29,157 nucleotides of DNA from positions 1-29,157 of IMG/VR virus record IMGVR_UViG_3300037422_000387, one strand, 5' to 3'. Numbering within the stretch: the stretch's first letter is position 1; every line of letters begins with the position of its first letter. This DNA is from a virus (Duplodnaviria > Caudoviricetes). The notes beneath the pieces were generated by a model, which was not told the origin of the DNA, made no database searches, and saw only the letters and a program-made list of their open reading frames with translations. The position numbers were made by a program, and so were the translations under genes. This document shows, one piece after another, positions 17,806-27,076 of this stretch.

Positions 17806-19965
17806 ATGAATCTGGAACTGATCACTCCTGAACAGGCCGCGCTCATCAAACGCGATGAGGGAATGCAGGCGTGCGAGCTGGTCACGATCAAATGGCCGGA
17901 TGGCGAAAGAGTGTATGCGTGGTCGGACTGGCGACAGGATCAGGTCTATCGTGCGCCGCTCGAACGCTGGCTGGCCGGACGCGGCTTTGAAGTGGCCTTT
18001 CTGCGCAACGACCGGCCCGGCCCGGAATGTTTTCACCAGATCCGGAAAAGTTCGTCAATCAGCGATGATCAGGCTCAGATGATCTTCAGCGATCTGCAAA
18101 AAACCTTTCGCAACCGGATCAGAATTTACGGCACAGGTCAGAGAGTTGAATTTTTCAGATTCTTTCCGACACTCGATCTGGCGGTGAGTCTGTGGCACGG
18201 GCATCTGGCGCGGGCAAAGCGCAGAGTCGGAGTGGTGGAGGTCACAGTCAGCGCAGGCTTCAGTTCGCCGCAGCGGATCATTCCCGGCAGACCCTTCACG
18301 AGCGAATGCCAGGCGATCTATCCGCCAGAGATGGGGCTGACTGACCTCGTGGAAATCCAGCGACTGCCCTGTGAATACGACCGTCATGCGGGTGGCAATG
18401 CCGGTAACCTCGACAGCAGCGGCGAGCCGATCACCTTTTGTGAACACACGCGCGCGAACTGCACGACGATCTGGGGCGATGACAGCCGATACCTGGCCGT
18501 TGATGTGACGACGGAAAACACGCTCGTCGGCGCCGGGCAGCACAAGACGGTGAGCGCGACGATTGACAACCGGCTGAGGTTGCAGGGCGCGCGGCTCGGC
18601 GTGCCGTATGGGCGCTGCGCGGCGCTCGAACCACGCCTGATTCAGTTTCGGCGCGAGGAACCGCCAGGGAGCAACAAGAGCATCGGGACGCTGGTCACTG
18701 AATTTGCCGTGGGCGAAGGGCCGATTGTCGGGATTGATTCGGCCACTGTCGAAACGATGGGCAGGCTCAGGCCCGAAGGCGTGATCGTCCGCAATGGGAC
18801 GAAGCAGCAGACGGGGACAGGCTTCACGGCCAACAGCAAGGGGCACAGCCTGACGATCAAATATCGCCACGACCTGAACCCGATTGATCCGCGTTACATT
18901 GACGCCGATCAGATCAGGAGCAAATGCAAAATTAGCGGCGGGCGCAACACGCTCAGGATCGTCCAGCCGGACGGCACGTTTCAGGAAGGCTATTCGGAAA
19001 ACGCGCTCGACGTGCTGTTTGATCTGCTGACTGACAAGCGGTACGGAATGAAATATGACCTCTCGACTTTCCCTGTCGCTGATCTGCAATACACGCGCGA
19101 ATGGGCAGCCGGGTGGGTTGAGTTCACTGATGATTACGGGCGGATGCGCATCTGTCAGCGGGCGCAGTTCAACGGATATGTGGCGCCGGGTCAGGCGAGC
19201 GAAGTGATCAACGGCCTCTGTCTGGCCACGCGGATTCTGCCGCCGTTCGCCTTCGGCCAGTTTGAGCGGCTGATCCCGCTGGATCGCGTGGAACTGGCCA
19301 ATATCCCTGAATTCACTGATCGCGGGCGCGCTCCGACGATTCTGCTCCAGCGCGGGCATACGACGCTGGAAATTGATCCAGTCCCGGATGACCAGCTCGT
19401 CAATCAGGTGCTGCTGATTTACACCGACAGTTCGATTGATTTTGCGCCTCGACAACTGACCCTGAAAAACGTCACGCAGCAGCGGCGCGCAGGGCGTGCG
19501 CGCGGTGATACGACTGAATATGTGGTTGAGAAATCTTATTCAGTCGTCGGCCCTGTGACGGAAAACGAAGCGGTCAGGCTGGCAATGTTTTTGCGCGATC
19601 TGGGGCCGCTCGACAGCGGCGGGATCAAAAACAACTGCCCGATCAGCTTTCTGACTCCGGCGTGGTGGTCTGAGGCGCTCTCGCTGCATCAGGGCAAGGT
19701 GATCAGAGTGCTGAGTGATGAACTCGCCGATTACAACGAAGAGACTGGCCGACCTTTTGAATACTTTCGCGTGCTGGACATTGAGATCGGTACAAACCAG
19801 TTGGCGCGTGTCAGGGCCATCGCTTATCCGGTGGATTACTTCGCGCGAATGGATCAGCCATATACGGGAGCGACGCCTGAGCCGGGTACGACACCCGATC
19901 CGGTCTTTACCGGGAACCCTGATACCTCGATTGAATATGGTGGCTCGACAGTTTTTCTGACGTGA
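17806..19965 (+). CDS. Tail tip/hub protein: gpL-like Cys domain fused to a gpJ-like region
   Basis: Four-Cys pattern (ECQ, PCEY, FCEHTRANC) and 'ENALDVLFDLLTDKRYG' resembling the gpJ NPAW..YDLLT..RYG motif. ATG 17806 preferred because the upstream extension is the palindrome. Confidence 0.8.
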   Translation: MNLELITPEQAALIKRDEGMQACELVTIKWPDGERVYAWSDWRQDQVYRAPLERWLAGRGFEVAFLRNDRPGPECFHQIRKSSSISDDQAQMIFSDLQKTFRNRIRIYGTGQRVEFFRFFPTLDLAVSLWHGHLARAKRRVGVVEVTVSAGFSSPQRIIPGRPFTSECQAIYPPEMGLTDLVEIQRLPCEYDRHAGGNAGNLDSSGEPITFCEHTRANCTTIWGDDSRYLAVDVTTENTLVGAGQHKTVSATIDNRLRLQGARLGVPYGRCAALEPRLIQFRREEPPGSNKSIGTLVTEFAVGEGPIVGIDSATVETMGRLRPEGVIVRNGTKQQTGTGFTANSKGHSLTIKYRHDLNPIDPRYIDADQIRSKCKISGGRNTLRIVQPDGTFQEGYSENALDVLFDLLTDKRYGMKYDLSTFPVADLQYTREWAAGWVEFTDDYGRMRICQRAQFNGYVAPGQASEVINGLCLATRILPPFAFGQFERLIPLDRVELANIPEFTDRGRAPTILLQRGHTTLEIDPVPDDQLVNQVLLIYTDSSIDFAPRQLTLKNVTQQRRAGRARGDTTEYVVEKSYSVVGPVTENEAVRLAMFLRDLGPLDSGGIKNNCPISFLTPAWWSEALSLHQGKVIRVLSDELADYNEETGRPFEYFRVLDIEIGTNQLARVRAIAYPVDYFARMDQPYTGATPEPGTTPDPVFTGNPDTSIEYGGSTVFLT

Positions 19966-22610
19966 TGATTATGAAAGTATTGCTGACAATCCTGATTCTG
20001 CTCCTGCTGACTGCGGCGGCAATGGCACAGACGGCGACGGCTGATAATAAGGTCGTGACGGTCTCGAACGCCGGATCAACGCCGATTTTTTTGAGCGGCA
20101 CAGTCCCCGCCAATTACACCATCCAGTTCCAGACAGCCCCGACGTGCGGCATCTGCGCAGCTCCGGCGCACGGTTCGATCAGTCCCTCAACCGGCGCAAC
20201 GGGCGTCGTCAGCTACAGCCCGACTTCGGGATATACCGGGCCTGACAGCTTTGAATATCAGGTGGTCGGAACTCCGGTCGGCGGGGGCAGCACGATCACG
20301 AGCGCAAAGGCCACAGTCACGATCACCGTGACGAACGCCAAAACGACGGTCACGGGTACATTGCGCAATCCTGACGGTTCACCGCGTTCGGGCAAGATCA
20401 CCTGGATTCTGACGCAGGCGGCAGCTTCATCGCAGGGAATGACACCCGCGATGGCTTCGGTCAGCGCCACGCTCGATGTCAACGGCGCCTTCACGGTGCA
20501 GTTGTACCCCAGCACCTATCTGCAACCGCAGTCATATTACCAGGCCTGGTATTCGGCTTTGGGCACGAGCAACCAGGCGCTCCGGCGCGAGCTGCTCGGC
20601 ATTTATGAAATCCCTCCGGCGACAGGCTCAGTTGATTTCAGCGCGGCGCGGGTAATTGACGCCGCGCTCGAATCGCGCTTCGCCTTTTGTACGCCCTCGT
20701 GCGTGCGTGCGATTTTATCGGAGGGCGCGAGCGGGAGTTTGCCAGGGGACAACACCTCAACCGGCTCAGTGGTGCTTAATGCGGATACGGATACGGATGG
20801 CAACGGCGAGGTGCTGATCCAGACGCGCGGGACAACCCGAATTCAGGTTGAGAACTCAACCGGGCTGGTTAATTTCACAGGCACACAGATTAATATCGGA
20901 ACTGCGTTTGCGACTTCGGGATTGAATTTCAATCTGTGCGTGGGTAACTCAGGAACGAAACCGTGCATTCGCTACAACGGCACCTTGAGCGAATGGCAAT
21001 ACAGCAATAACGGCACGGCATACAGGAATTTTCAGACCCTGCCTTATGCTGATTTCCCGACTCAGTCACCTGCGCCGGGTGTGTCACCAGCAAGTACGCT
21101 CAGAATGTACTGGGACGGCGCTACATTCCAGTGCAGCAGCAGCACGGGGCCGTATGCGCCCTGCAGCTTTGGCGGCGCGAGCGCTGGGGTCAGTTCTTTG
21201 CAGGGCCTCGCGGGCGTACTGACCTTGAATATCGGCGCGACGGGTACAGCTCCGGCGTGGGCAGCAGCCAGTGGGGTGATCACGCTCAATCTGCCCGATG
21301 CGGGGCAGACGATCACACGAGGCCTGATCACGAACGCGACGCAGCAGGTGTGGGGCGAAAAGCTCCTGATGGATGGGGCACGGATTTTCGCCGGGGCTGG
21401 TGGCAATCCTGTGGAGGTGAGCAGTTTCATCAACCAGAGCGGCACCAATTCGGCTTCACATGTCACGTTCAGGACAATCTCGACTGTATTTGGCGGCCCC
21501 AGTTTTCAGGTAGTGAACAGCGGGAATGTGGTCATAGGCGGTGCAGCCGCTCTGGCCACAACCGCTACTGATGGATTTTTGTATCTGCCAGTTTTGTCGG
21601 GTAGTCCCACCGGGATCCCAACTTTCTTCACCAATCGCGGGCCGCTGGCGGTGGAATCGGATACCGTTGGCGGCAATTACAGGGTGTGGGGATACCTGAA
21701 TGGAGCGTGGCGGAATCTGTCCGGGGGTGGCAGCGGCGCGGCAGGATCAAACGGGCAACTGACTTACAACAATGCCGGCACGGCGGCAGGGCTGTCAGGC
21801 AGCAGTGTCAGCGGCTCCAATCTGACGCTGGGCGGGACACTGACTCTCTCGACACTGGCGGCGAACAGGCTGGTGTACACGGGCACAGGGGGCTTGCTGA
21901 GTGTGGATGCGGGGGCGACCACAAATTTTTCCACTTCGAGCAGCCCCGATTTGTACACGATTTCACTGGGTAGTAATGGCGGCGCAGACGGGACTACTGC
22001 TGCGGTGAATCTGCACTGGTATGGCACGACCGGACTGAGTGGGTCAAACGCAGGGAATCTGCTCAGGCTCTATCGTTACAGGGGTACGCCCTCAGCCCCT
22101 GTCGCTGTGAATAGTAATGACACGCTGGGCGGGATTGAGTTTTTCGGGTATGAGGCGGCGAGCGGCCTGGGCAGCGTGCAGGGAGCAGCGATTCTGGCGC
22201 GCGCGGTGGAAAACTGGGGACTGAATCCGCACGGCGCAGCCCTTGATTTTTATACCACGATCCCGACGATCACGACGCTCGTTCAGACAGTAAGGATGGA
22301 TCACGACACCAGTTTTAATTCCTATCTGCGTCTGTGGGATCAAACAAGTGGGGCTTTCACAGGCGGGTTGCGACGCTCAGACAGCAATGACGCTTATGAA
22401 TGGAGCAATGACGGGACGAACTGGCAGAACATGGATCAGCCTCGCTCACTGACCTTCAGCAACCTCGGCACCCCTGCTAACGCCAATTTTCGCTATTGCT
22501 CAGATTGTCAGGTGACGAGCGGCGCAGATAACACTTGTACGAGCGGCGGCTCAGGCGCTTTCGCCATGCGGATCAATGGCGCCTGGAGATGTTTCGCGTT
22601 GCAGAACTGA
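19965..22610 (+). CDS. Tail fibre/adhesin-like protein with an N-terminal signal peptide
   Basis: MKVLLTILILLLLTAAAMA|Q, then an Ig/cadherin-like domain (PAHG...YSP..GYTGPDSFEY), a transthyretin-like domain (VTGTLRNPDGSP), fibre linkers (AGSNGQLTYNNAG) and a Cys-rich C-terminus (YCSDC...TC...WRC). Confidence 0.8.
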   Translation: MIMKVLLTILILLLLTAAAMAQTATADNKVVTVSNAGSTPIFLSGTVPANYTIQFQTAPTCGICAAPAHGSISPSTGATGVVSYSPTSGYTGPDSFEYQVVGTPVGGGSTITSAKATVTITVTNAKTTVTGTLRNPDGSPRSGKITWILTQAAASSQGMTPAMASVSATLDVNGAFTVQLYPSTYLQPQSYYQAWYSALGTSNQALRRELLGIYEIPPATGSVDFSAARVIDAALESRFAFCTPSCVRAILSEGASGSLPGDNTSTGSVVLNADTDTDGNGEVLIQTRGTTRIQVENSTGLVNFTGTQINIGTAFATSGLNFNLCVGNSGTKPCIRYNGTLSEWQYSNNGTAYRNFQTLPYADFPTQSPAPGVSPASTLRMYWDGATFQCSSSTGPYAPCSFGGASAGVSSLQGLAGVLTLNIGATGTAPAWAAASGVITLNLPDAGQTITRGLITNATQQVWGEKLLMDGARIFAGAGGNPVEVSSFINQSGTNSASHVTFRTISTVFGGPSFQVVNSGNVVIGGAAALATTATDGFLYLPVLSGSPTGIPTFFTNRGPLAVESDTVGGNYRVWGYLNGAWRNLSGGGSGAAGSNGQLTYNNAGTAAGLSGSSVSGSNLTLGGTLTLSTLAANRLVYTGTGGLLSVDAGATTNFSTSSSPDLYTISLGSNGGADGTTAAVNLHWYGTTGLSGSNAGNLLRLYRYRGTPSAPVAVNSNDTLGGIEFFGYEAASGLGSVQGAAILARAVENWGLNPHGAALDFYTTIPTITTLVQTVRMDHDTSFNSYLRLWDQTSGAFTGGLRRSDSNDAYEWSNDGTNWQNMDQPRSLTFSNLGTPANANFRYCSDCQVTSGADNTCTSGGSGAFAMRINGAWRCFALQN

Positions 22611-22617
22611 CAGATAT

Positions 22618-24399
22618 ATGAACAGGGAACTAAAAAAAATCCTAGCTGAGGCTCTCTGGCTGGTCTGGTTGACAGCCGTGCTCTGTGTTTTGTCCCAGGC
22701 GCAGTCATTGCCCCAGGCGACTGTGACGGGGACGGCCTACGATCCGCAGGGCGCCGTTGTCCCGAACGCGACGCTCAGAATCGTCAAGGGCTACGTGCCG
22801 GGCAAGCTCGTTTCGATTTCAGCACGGACAGTGACAGCAAACGCGAGTGGCGTATTCAGTTTCCCCTTGCCGAAGGGCGCGATCATCTGGATCAGCGGGA
22901 ATTATTTCGGCTTCGACAAGTGCGGGCAGGCAGGCTGTCAGGTCAAATTACCTGACGATGATCCCAACTCTACAGCGGACGATAACGTCACACTGGAAAC
23001 GCTGGGCGCCAGCCTCCTGACTGGCTACAGTGTGAGCGTGATTCCAGTTGTCAGCGGTCAGAGCAAGATCGCTGTGAAGAACGCGGGGACGTTACTCAGT
23101 TCGACCATCAGCACACTCAATTTCACTGGCGCGACGATCACAGAATCACCGTCCGGCCAGGCTAATATCACGATCACAGGCGGCGGTGGCGGCGGCTCGC
23201 TGACAGTCGAAGAGGCGGACGGTTCGCCTGCGGTGGCGAGCGTGACCACGCTGCGCGCGAATCAGGCGCAGGGACTGACCGTGACGAATCCGGCAGGGGG
23301 AATTGCGCAACTGAATCTCTCAGGTGTGCCCTACAGCGCGCTTGCGCTCACTGGCTCGATCCTCAACGCGGACATCAACTCTGCTGCGAATATCGCGCTT
23401 GCAAAACTCGCGACGGGCACGCTGATCCCGACCAGCGTGGTCAATGACACGAACGTAACCGGCTCGCTGGCGGCGAATACGATCACGCTCGGCTGGACAG
23501 GCACACTGGCGGACGGGCGAATCGCAAGCGCCGCGACGTGGAACGCGAAGGTTGGGCCGACACGCGCAATCAATACAGGCAACGGACTCCAGGGCGGAGG
23601 CGATTTATCGGCTGATCGCACGATTGATCTGCGGCTGAACGCGAGTGGCGGATTGAGTAAAACACTCGGCGGCGGATCGAACGAGTTGGGCATTGCAGCA
23701 AGCGGCGTGGTGGATTCGATGCTCGCTGCCGGGATCAGTTCCTCGAAACTTACCGGTGCGCTGCCGACGCTCGATGGCAGCGCACTGACTGCGTTGAATG
23801 CCAGTAATCTCGGCAGTGGAATAGTGCCCCTGGCTCGCCTGAGCGGGATTACCAACACTGAGATCAGCGCGAGCGCCGGAATTGCGCTCAGCAAACTGGC
23901 TGCGATCAATACGGCGCGTCTGCTGGGGCGCAGCACCGCTGGATCAGGAGCGATTGAGGAACTGACGATTGGCTCAGGGCTGAGCCTGAGCGGGGGCAGC
24001 CTCGCTCTCGCTGCCACCATCCCAGGCAATCTGGCTTTCACTGGCACACTGAATTTTCAGAAGGCTACCTATTCAACAATTATCACACTGACCGACGCGG
24101 CGACGATTGCGACTGACGCCAGTCTGGGAAACCGGTTTCGCGTAACGCTTGGCGGGAATCGCACGCTTGGCGCTCCAATCAATCCAGTCGCTGATCAGCA
24201 GAGCATCTGGGAATTCGTCCAGGACGGCGCCGGCTCACGCACGATCACACTGGATTCAGGCGTTGGAGGCTTCGCATTTGGCACGGACATTACCGGGATC
24301 ACGCTGACCACGACGGCCAGCAAACGTGATTTTATGACGGCGGTCTATAACGCGACGTTGAATCGCTGGCTTGTGATCGGATTTGTAAGGGGGTACTGA
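22618..24399 (+). CDS. Tail fibre protein with an N-terminal signal peptide
   Basis: MNRELKKILAEALWLVWLTAVLCVLSQA|Q, then a transthyretin-like domain, fibre repeats (NADINSAANIALAKLA / NTEISASAGIALSKLA; TGNGLQGGGDLSADRTI) and a fibre-tip domain (LTDAATIATDASLGN...QDGAGSRT). Confidence 0.82.
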   Translation: MNRELKKILAEALWLVWLTAVLCVLSQAQSLPQATVTGTAYDPQGAVVPNATLRIVKGYVPGKLVSISARTVTANASGVFSFPLPKGAIIWISGNYFGFDKCGQAGCQVKLPDDDPNSTADDNVTLETLGASLLTGYSVSVIPVVSGQSKIAVKNAGTLLSSTISTLNFTGATITESPSGQANITITGGGGGGSLTVEEADGSPAVASVTTLRANQAQGLTVTNPAGGIAQLNLSGVPYSALALTGSILNADINSAANIALAKLATGTLIPTSVVNDTNVTGSLAANTITLGWTGTLADGRIASAATWNAKVGPTRAINTGNGLQGGGDLSADRTIDLRLNASGGLSKTLGGGSNELGIAASGVVDSMLAAGISSSKLTGALPTLDGSALTALNASNLGSGIVPLARLSGITNTEISASAGIALSKLAAINTARLLGRSTAGSGAIEELTIGSGLSLSGGSLALAATIPGNLAFTGTLNFQKATYSTIITLTDAATIATDASLGNRFRVTLGGNRTLGAPINPVADQQSIWEFVQDGAGSRTITLDSGVGGFAFGTDITGITLTTTASKRDFMTAVYNATLNRWLVIGFVRGY

Positions 24400-24887
24400 T
24401 GGATTACGCAAAACTGAAAACTGAAATCGAAACTGACCCGGCCAAACGCGGATATGCGGCGCTCGTCGCAATCGGAAACGATCAGGGAATCGCTGATCTG
24501 CTGAATGCTCAGATCGAGCAGCGCGCAGTGGCAATCCCAATGCGCCGGGTGTTGCGGTGGCTGGCTACTACAGGAGTGCTTTACAGTCTGAATGCGAAGG
24601 GCGACGAAAAGCTTGCGGCGACTGCCTCACAGCAGGAACGCAGGGTGAGCGCAATAAGTAAAGGCGCTCTGGAGATGATTAGATCACCACACGTCACCGC
24701 ACTTGACCTGTCCGATCCGACGATTGCCGGAATGATTGACGCGCTCGTGGCAGCGAATCTCATCACTTCTGCGCAAAAGTCTGAAATCCAGGCCCTTGCT
24801 CAGGAGCCTGTCAGCAGAGCGATTCGGCAGTTTGAGCGGGCAGTAACAGCGATTGATATTGCTGTCGCCCTGGGGAGGAAGGGATAA
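24399..24887 (+). CDS. Hypothetical tail-region protein (helical; possible fibre chaperone)
   Basis: 162 aa, coupled to the fibre gene (TGATG overlap), no signal peptide. Confidence 0.7.
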   Translation: MDYAKLKTEIETDPAKRGYAALVAIGNDQGIADLLNAQIEQRAVAIPMRRVLRWLATTGVLYSLNAKGDEKLAATASQQERRVSAISKGALEMIRSPHVTALDLSDPTIAGMIDALVAANLITSAQKSEIQALAQEPVSRAIRQFERAVTAIDIAVALGRKG

Positions 24888-24890
24888 ACA

Positions 24891-25340
24891 ATGGCCGATC
24901 TCAAATATAAAGACGGAACGACCGCGACGATTATTGATACTGGTCTGAACAGTCTGGCGAACAACTCGCTCGCGGCCAGCGCGGCACAGGACAACAGCGC
25001 TGACCTTGACCTCTACGCCGATCTGGAAATTGTGGTCAGTGGTTTCGGAGCTTCGATCAATCAGGGCACGGCTTATCTGGAAATCTATTTGTGCCCGTCC
25101 GTAGACGGCTCGAATTACCCTGACGGCCACGACGCGAGCGTGACGCCTGCCGGGAGCGCGCTGATCGGAATGGCCGTGAAAGCGACGGCGAACGGATCAG
25201 GCGCGCTGCGGAATGTAATCACCGGAATTCCGCTGCCGCCCAGACAATTCAAAGTCGTAGTAAAAAATACCAGCGGTCAGGCTCTGGCCGGAAGCGGGAA
25301 CACGGTCAAAATCCGTAAATACAAACTGCAATCAGTATGA
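24891..25340 (+). CDS. Hypothetical beta-rich tail-region protein
   Basis: 149 aa with a GGAGG RBS and beta-sandwich-like pattern, no signal peptide. Confidence 0.7.
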   Translation: MADLKYKDGTTATIIDTGLNSLANNSLAASAAQDNSADLDLYADLEIVVSGFGASINQGTAYLEIYLCPSVDGSNYPDGHDASVTPAGSALIGMAVKATANGSGALRNVITGIPLPPRQFKVVVKNTSGQALAGSGNTVKIRKYKLQSV

Positions 25341-26218
25341 TCCGCACTCTCGCCAGACCTGCCATCATCGTGCCGCATCGTGGCGTTCAGCGCCCTCTGT
25401 GGCCTTTTGCGCTCAACCGGGACAGCGGACAGGCTGAAGGACTGAAACGCTGGTACGCCTGGCCGCTCGGCGCGAAATTCATCAGCGGTTTCACTAATCA
25501 GACTCAGGTGATTGACCTGGCCAATACCGCCTGGAATACGCCAGGGGGGACGGGCAATACGTCAATCGGCTTGTACAACTACGACTACAGGTATCCTGTG
25601 AACGGTGAGCAGCCTGATTTTATGATGGGCCTCGTTCAGAAATTCGGGGCGGGTTCAGAGGGGATATATTGCGGCAAGGAAACCGGCGATCTGATCGAAA
25701 CTTTTCCATTCACGCTCAGTTGCTGGCTCTATCCGACCGCGTATGTCAGCCTGATGGGCGTATGCAATAAAGCAGTGACTTCGCCTTACGCTTATGGTCT
25801 CAGGGTGAGTGGCAGCGACTGGATTTCATACATAAATAGCAGCTCGCTGAGTTTTCAGGGGCCAGCCCTGAATCAGTGGGCGCACATAGCCGTCGTGGTC
25901 TATAGTGGTTTTCACGGCGTCTATCTGAACGGTTCCCTGATTGCGAGCGTTTCGGTGTCCGATCCGCCTGCGGCAAATGACGACGAATTTCTGATCGGGA
26001 CAGACTACACGCCGGGGAGTCGGCCTTTCAATGGCAGCATCGTGGATTTCAGGATTTACAAGAAGGCTCTGAGCGCGGCTGAAGTGTGGCGCCTCTACGA
26101 TCCGCGCACTCGCTGGGATTTGTATTACCCGCTCCGGCAGCGGGTAATTTATATTCCCGAAACGGCGCAGCCGTACACGGAGTACGGCGGGATGTTTACG
26201 CCGATGACAGGGTTTTAG
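25337..26218 (+). CDS. LamG/concanavalin A-like lectin domain protein
   Basis: 'FTLSCWLYP', 'NQWAHIAVV', 'YLNG' and 'FNGSIVDFRIYKKALSAAEV'. Confidence 0.9.
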   Translation: MIRTLARPAIIVPHRGVQRPLWPFALNRDSGQAEGLKRWYAWPLGAKFISGFTNQTQVIDLANTAWNTPGGTGNTSIGLYNYDYRYPVNGEQPDFMMGLVQKFGAGSEGIYCGKETGDLIETFPFTLSCWLYPTAYVSLMGVCNKAVTSPYAYGLRVSGSDWISYINSSSLSFQGPALNQWAHIAVVVYSGFHGVYLNGSLIASVSVSDPPAANDDEFLIGTDYTPGSRPFNGSIVDFRIYKKALSAAEVWRLYDPRTRWDLYYPLRQRVIYIPETAQPYTEYGGMFTPMTGF

Positions 26219-26221
26219 GTT

Positions 26222-26599
26222 ATGCGCTATATTTTGTTCATCCTGCTCACCCTCCTGCTGCCCGTCGTGGCGCAGGCGCCTGATCGCACGTTCGCGCGTG
26301 AGGGGCAGGTTGAAGGCGAACTCAGATTCGTTGGGAATGCGTTTGTATGGCAGGCCAAACAGACCATCACGCGGGATCGCTTCACCTGGCGCATCCAGTC
26401 ACCTCAGGCCTCAAACAATGATCTGGGCCTGACGCTCGAAGTCGGAGTTTTCTATTTTGACCCTGCGTCGGGGCAGGAATATTTCATCAGATATTACTCG
26501 GCCACCCTGGGCAAAGAAGCGGCGCGCGCGCTGCGTGACGGCCTCGCCCACGCTTACCCGGTGGCTGTGTCAAGCGCCGTCTCCGGCAATCCGCGATGA
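26222..26599 (+). CDS. Secreted hypothetical protein
   Basis: Signal peptide MRYILFILLTLLLPVVA(QA), followed by a beta-rich domain. Confidence 0.7.
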   Translation: MRYILFILLTLLLPVVAQAPDRTFAREGQVEGELRFVGNAFVWQAKQTITRDRFTWRIQSPQASNNDLGLTLEVGVFYFDPASGQEYFIRYYSATLGKEAARALRDGLAHAYPVAVSSAVSGNPR

Positions 26600-27030
26600 T
26601 TTTCCTGATTATAATTCTGCTCGCCCAGGAACTGCCGCGTCAGGGCTGGCAGATTCGCCGACCGCAACCTGATTGCGCGGCGATGCGGGCAGAGATGGAG
26701 CGGCTCCGGGCGGATAATGAGCGCCTGAACGCTTTGGCAGGAGAGTGGGCCGCGCAACTGATCGCCCAGGCGACGCAGCTCAGCCGCCAGAACCGCGAAC
26801 TCGCGGCTCAGCTTGCCGCCGAAGCATCATTGCGGGAGTTATGGCGGCATCGGGCTGAGCAGTGCGGCAGGGTGAGAGATCAGTATTACAGCGATCTTGG
26901 TTTGGCTTATCACGAAGGTTATGCACCTTTAAGAGAACAATATCTTGCAGAACATCAGGCGCGGGTCGAGTGCGAACGCTCGTCAGCAGCCGCCAGTTTC
27001 ACCATGGAACTCCAGCCAAAACACCCCTGA
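26596..27030 (+). CDS. Membrane-anchored or secreted coiled-coil protein (spanin-like?)
   Basis: Short hydrophobic N-terminus MIFLIIILLAQ, a long heptad region and three Cys. Last prophage gene. Confidence 0.55.
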   Translation: MIFLIIILLAQELPRQGWQIRRPQPDCAAMRAEMERLRADNERLNALAGEWAAQLIAQATQLSRQNRELAAQLAAEASLRELWRHRAEQCGRVRDQYYSDLGLAYHEGYAPLREQYLAEHQARVECERSSAAASFTMELQPKHP

Positions 27031-27076
27031 TAATCAGCTGTCAATTCTTGACCTGATCAAGAATGAATTCCGAGCG

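Noticed and set aside
22632-22639. A8 run near the start of the second fibre gene as a frameshift site
   Set aside because: The -1 frame stops within four codons. The run simply encodes the Lys-Lys of the signal peptide n-region.
292-27030. Gene transfer agent or contractile injection system
   Set aside because: No sheath or baseplate wedge genes, and the element has a mobile end that disrupts a host gene.
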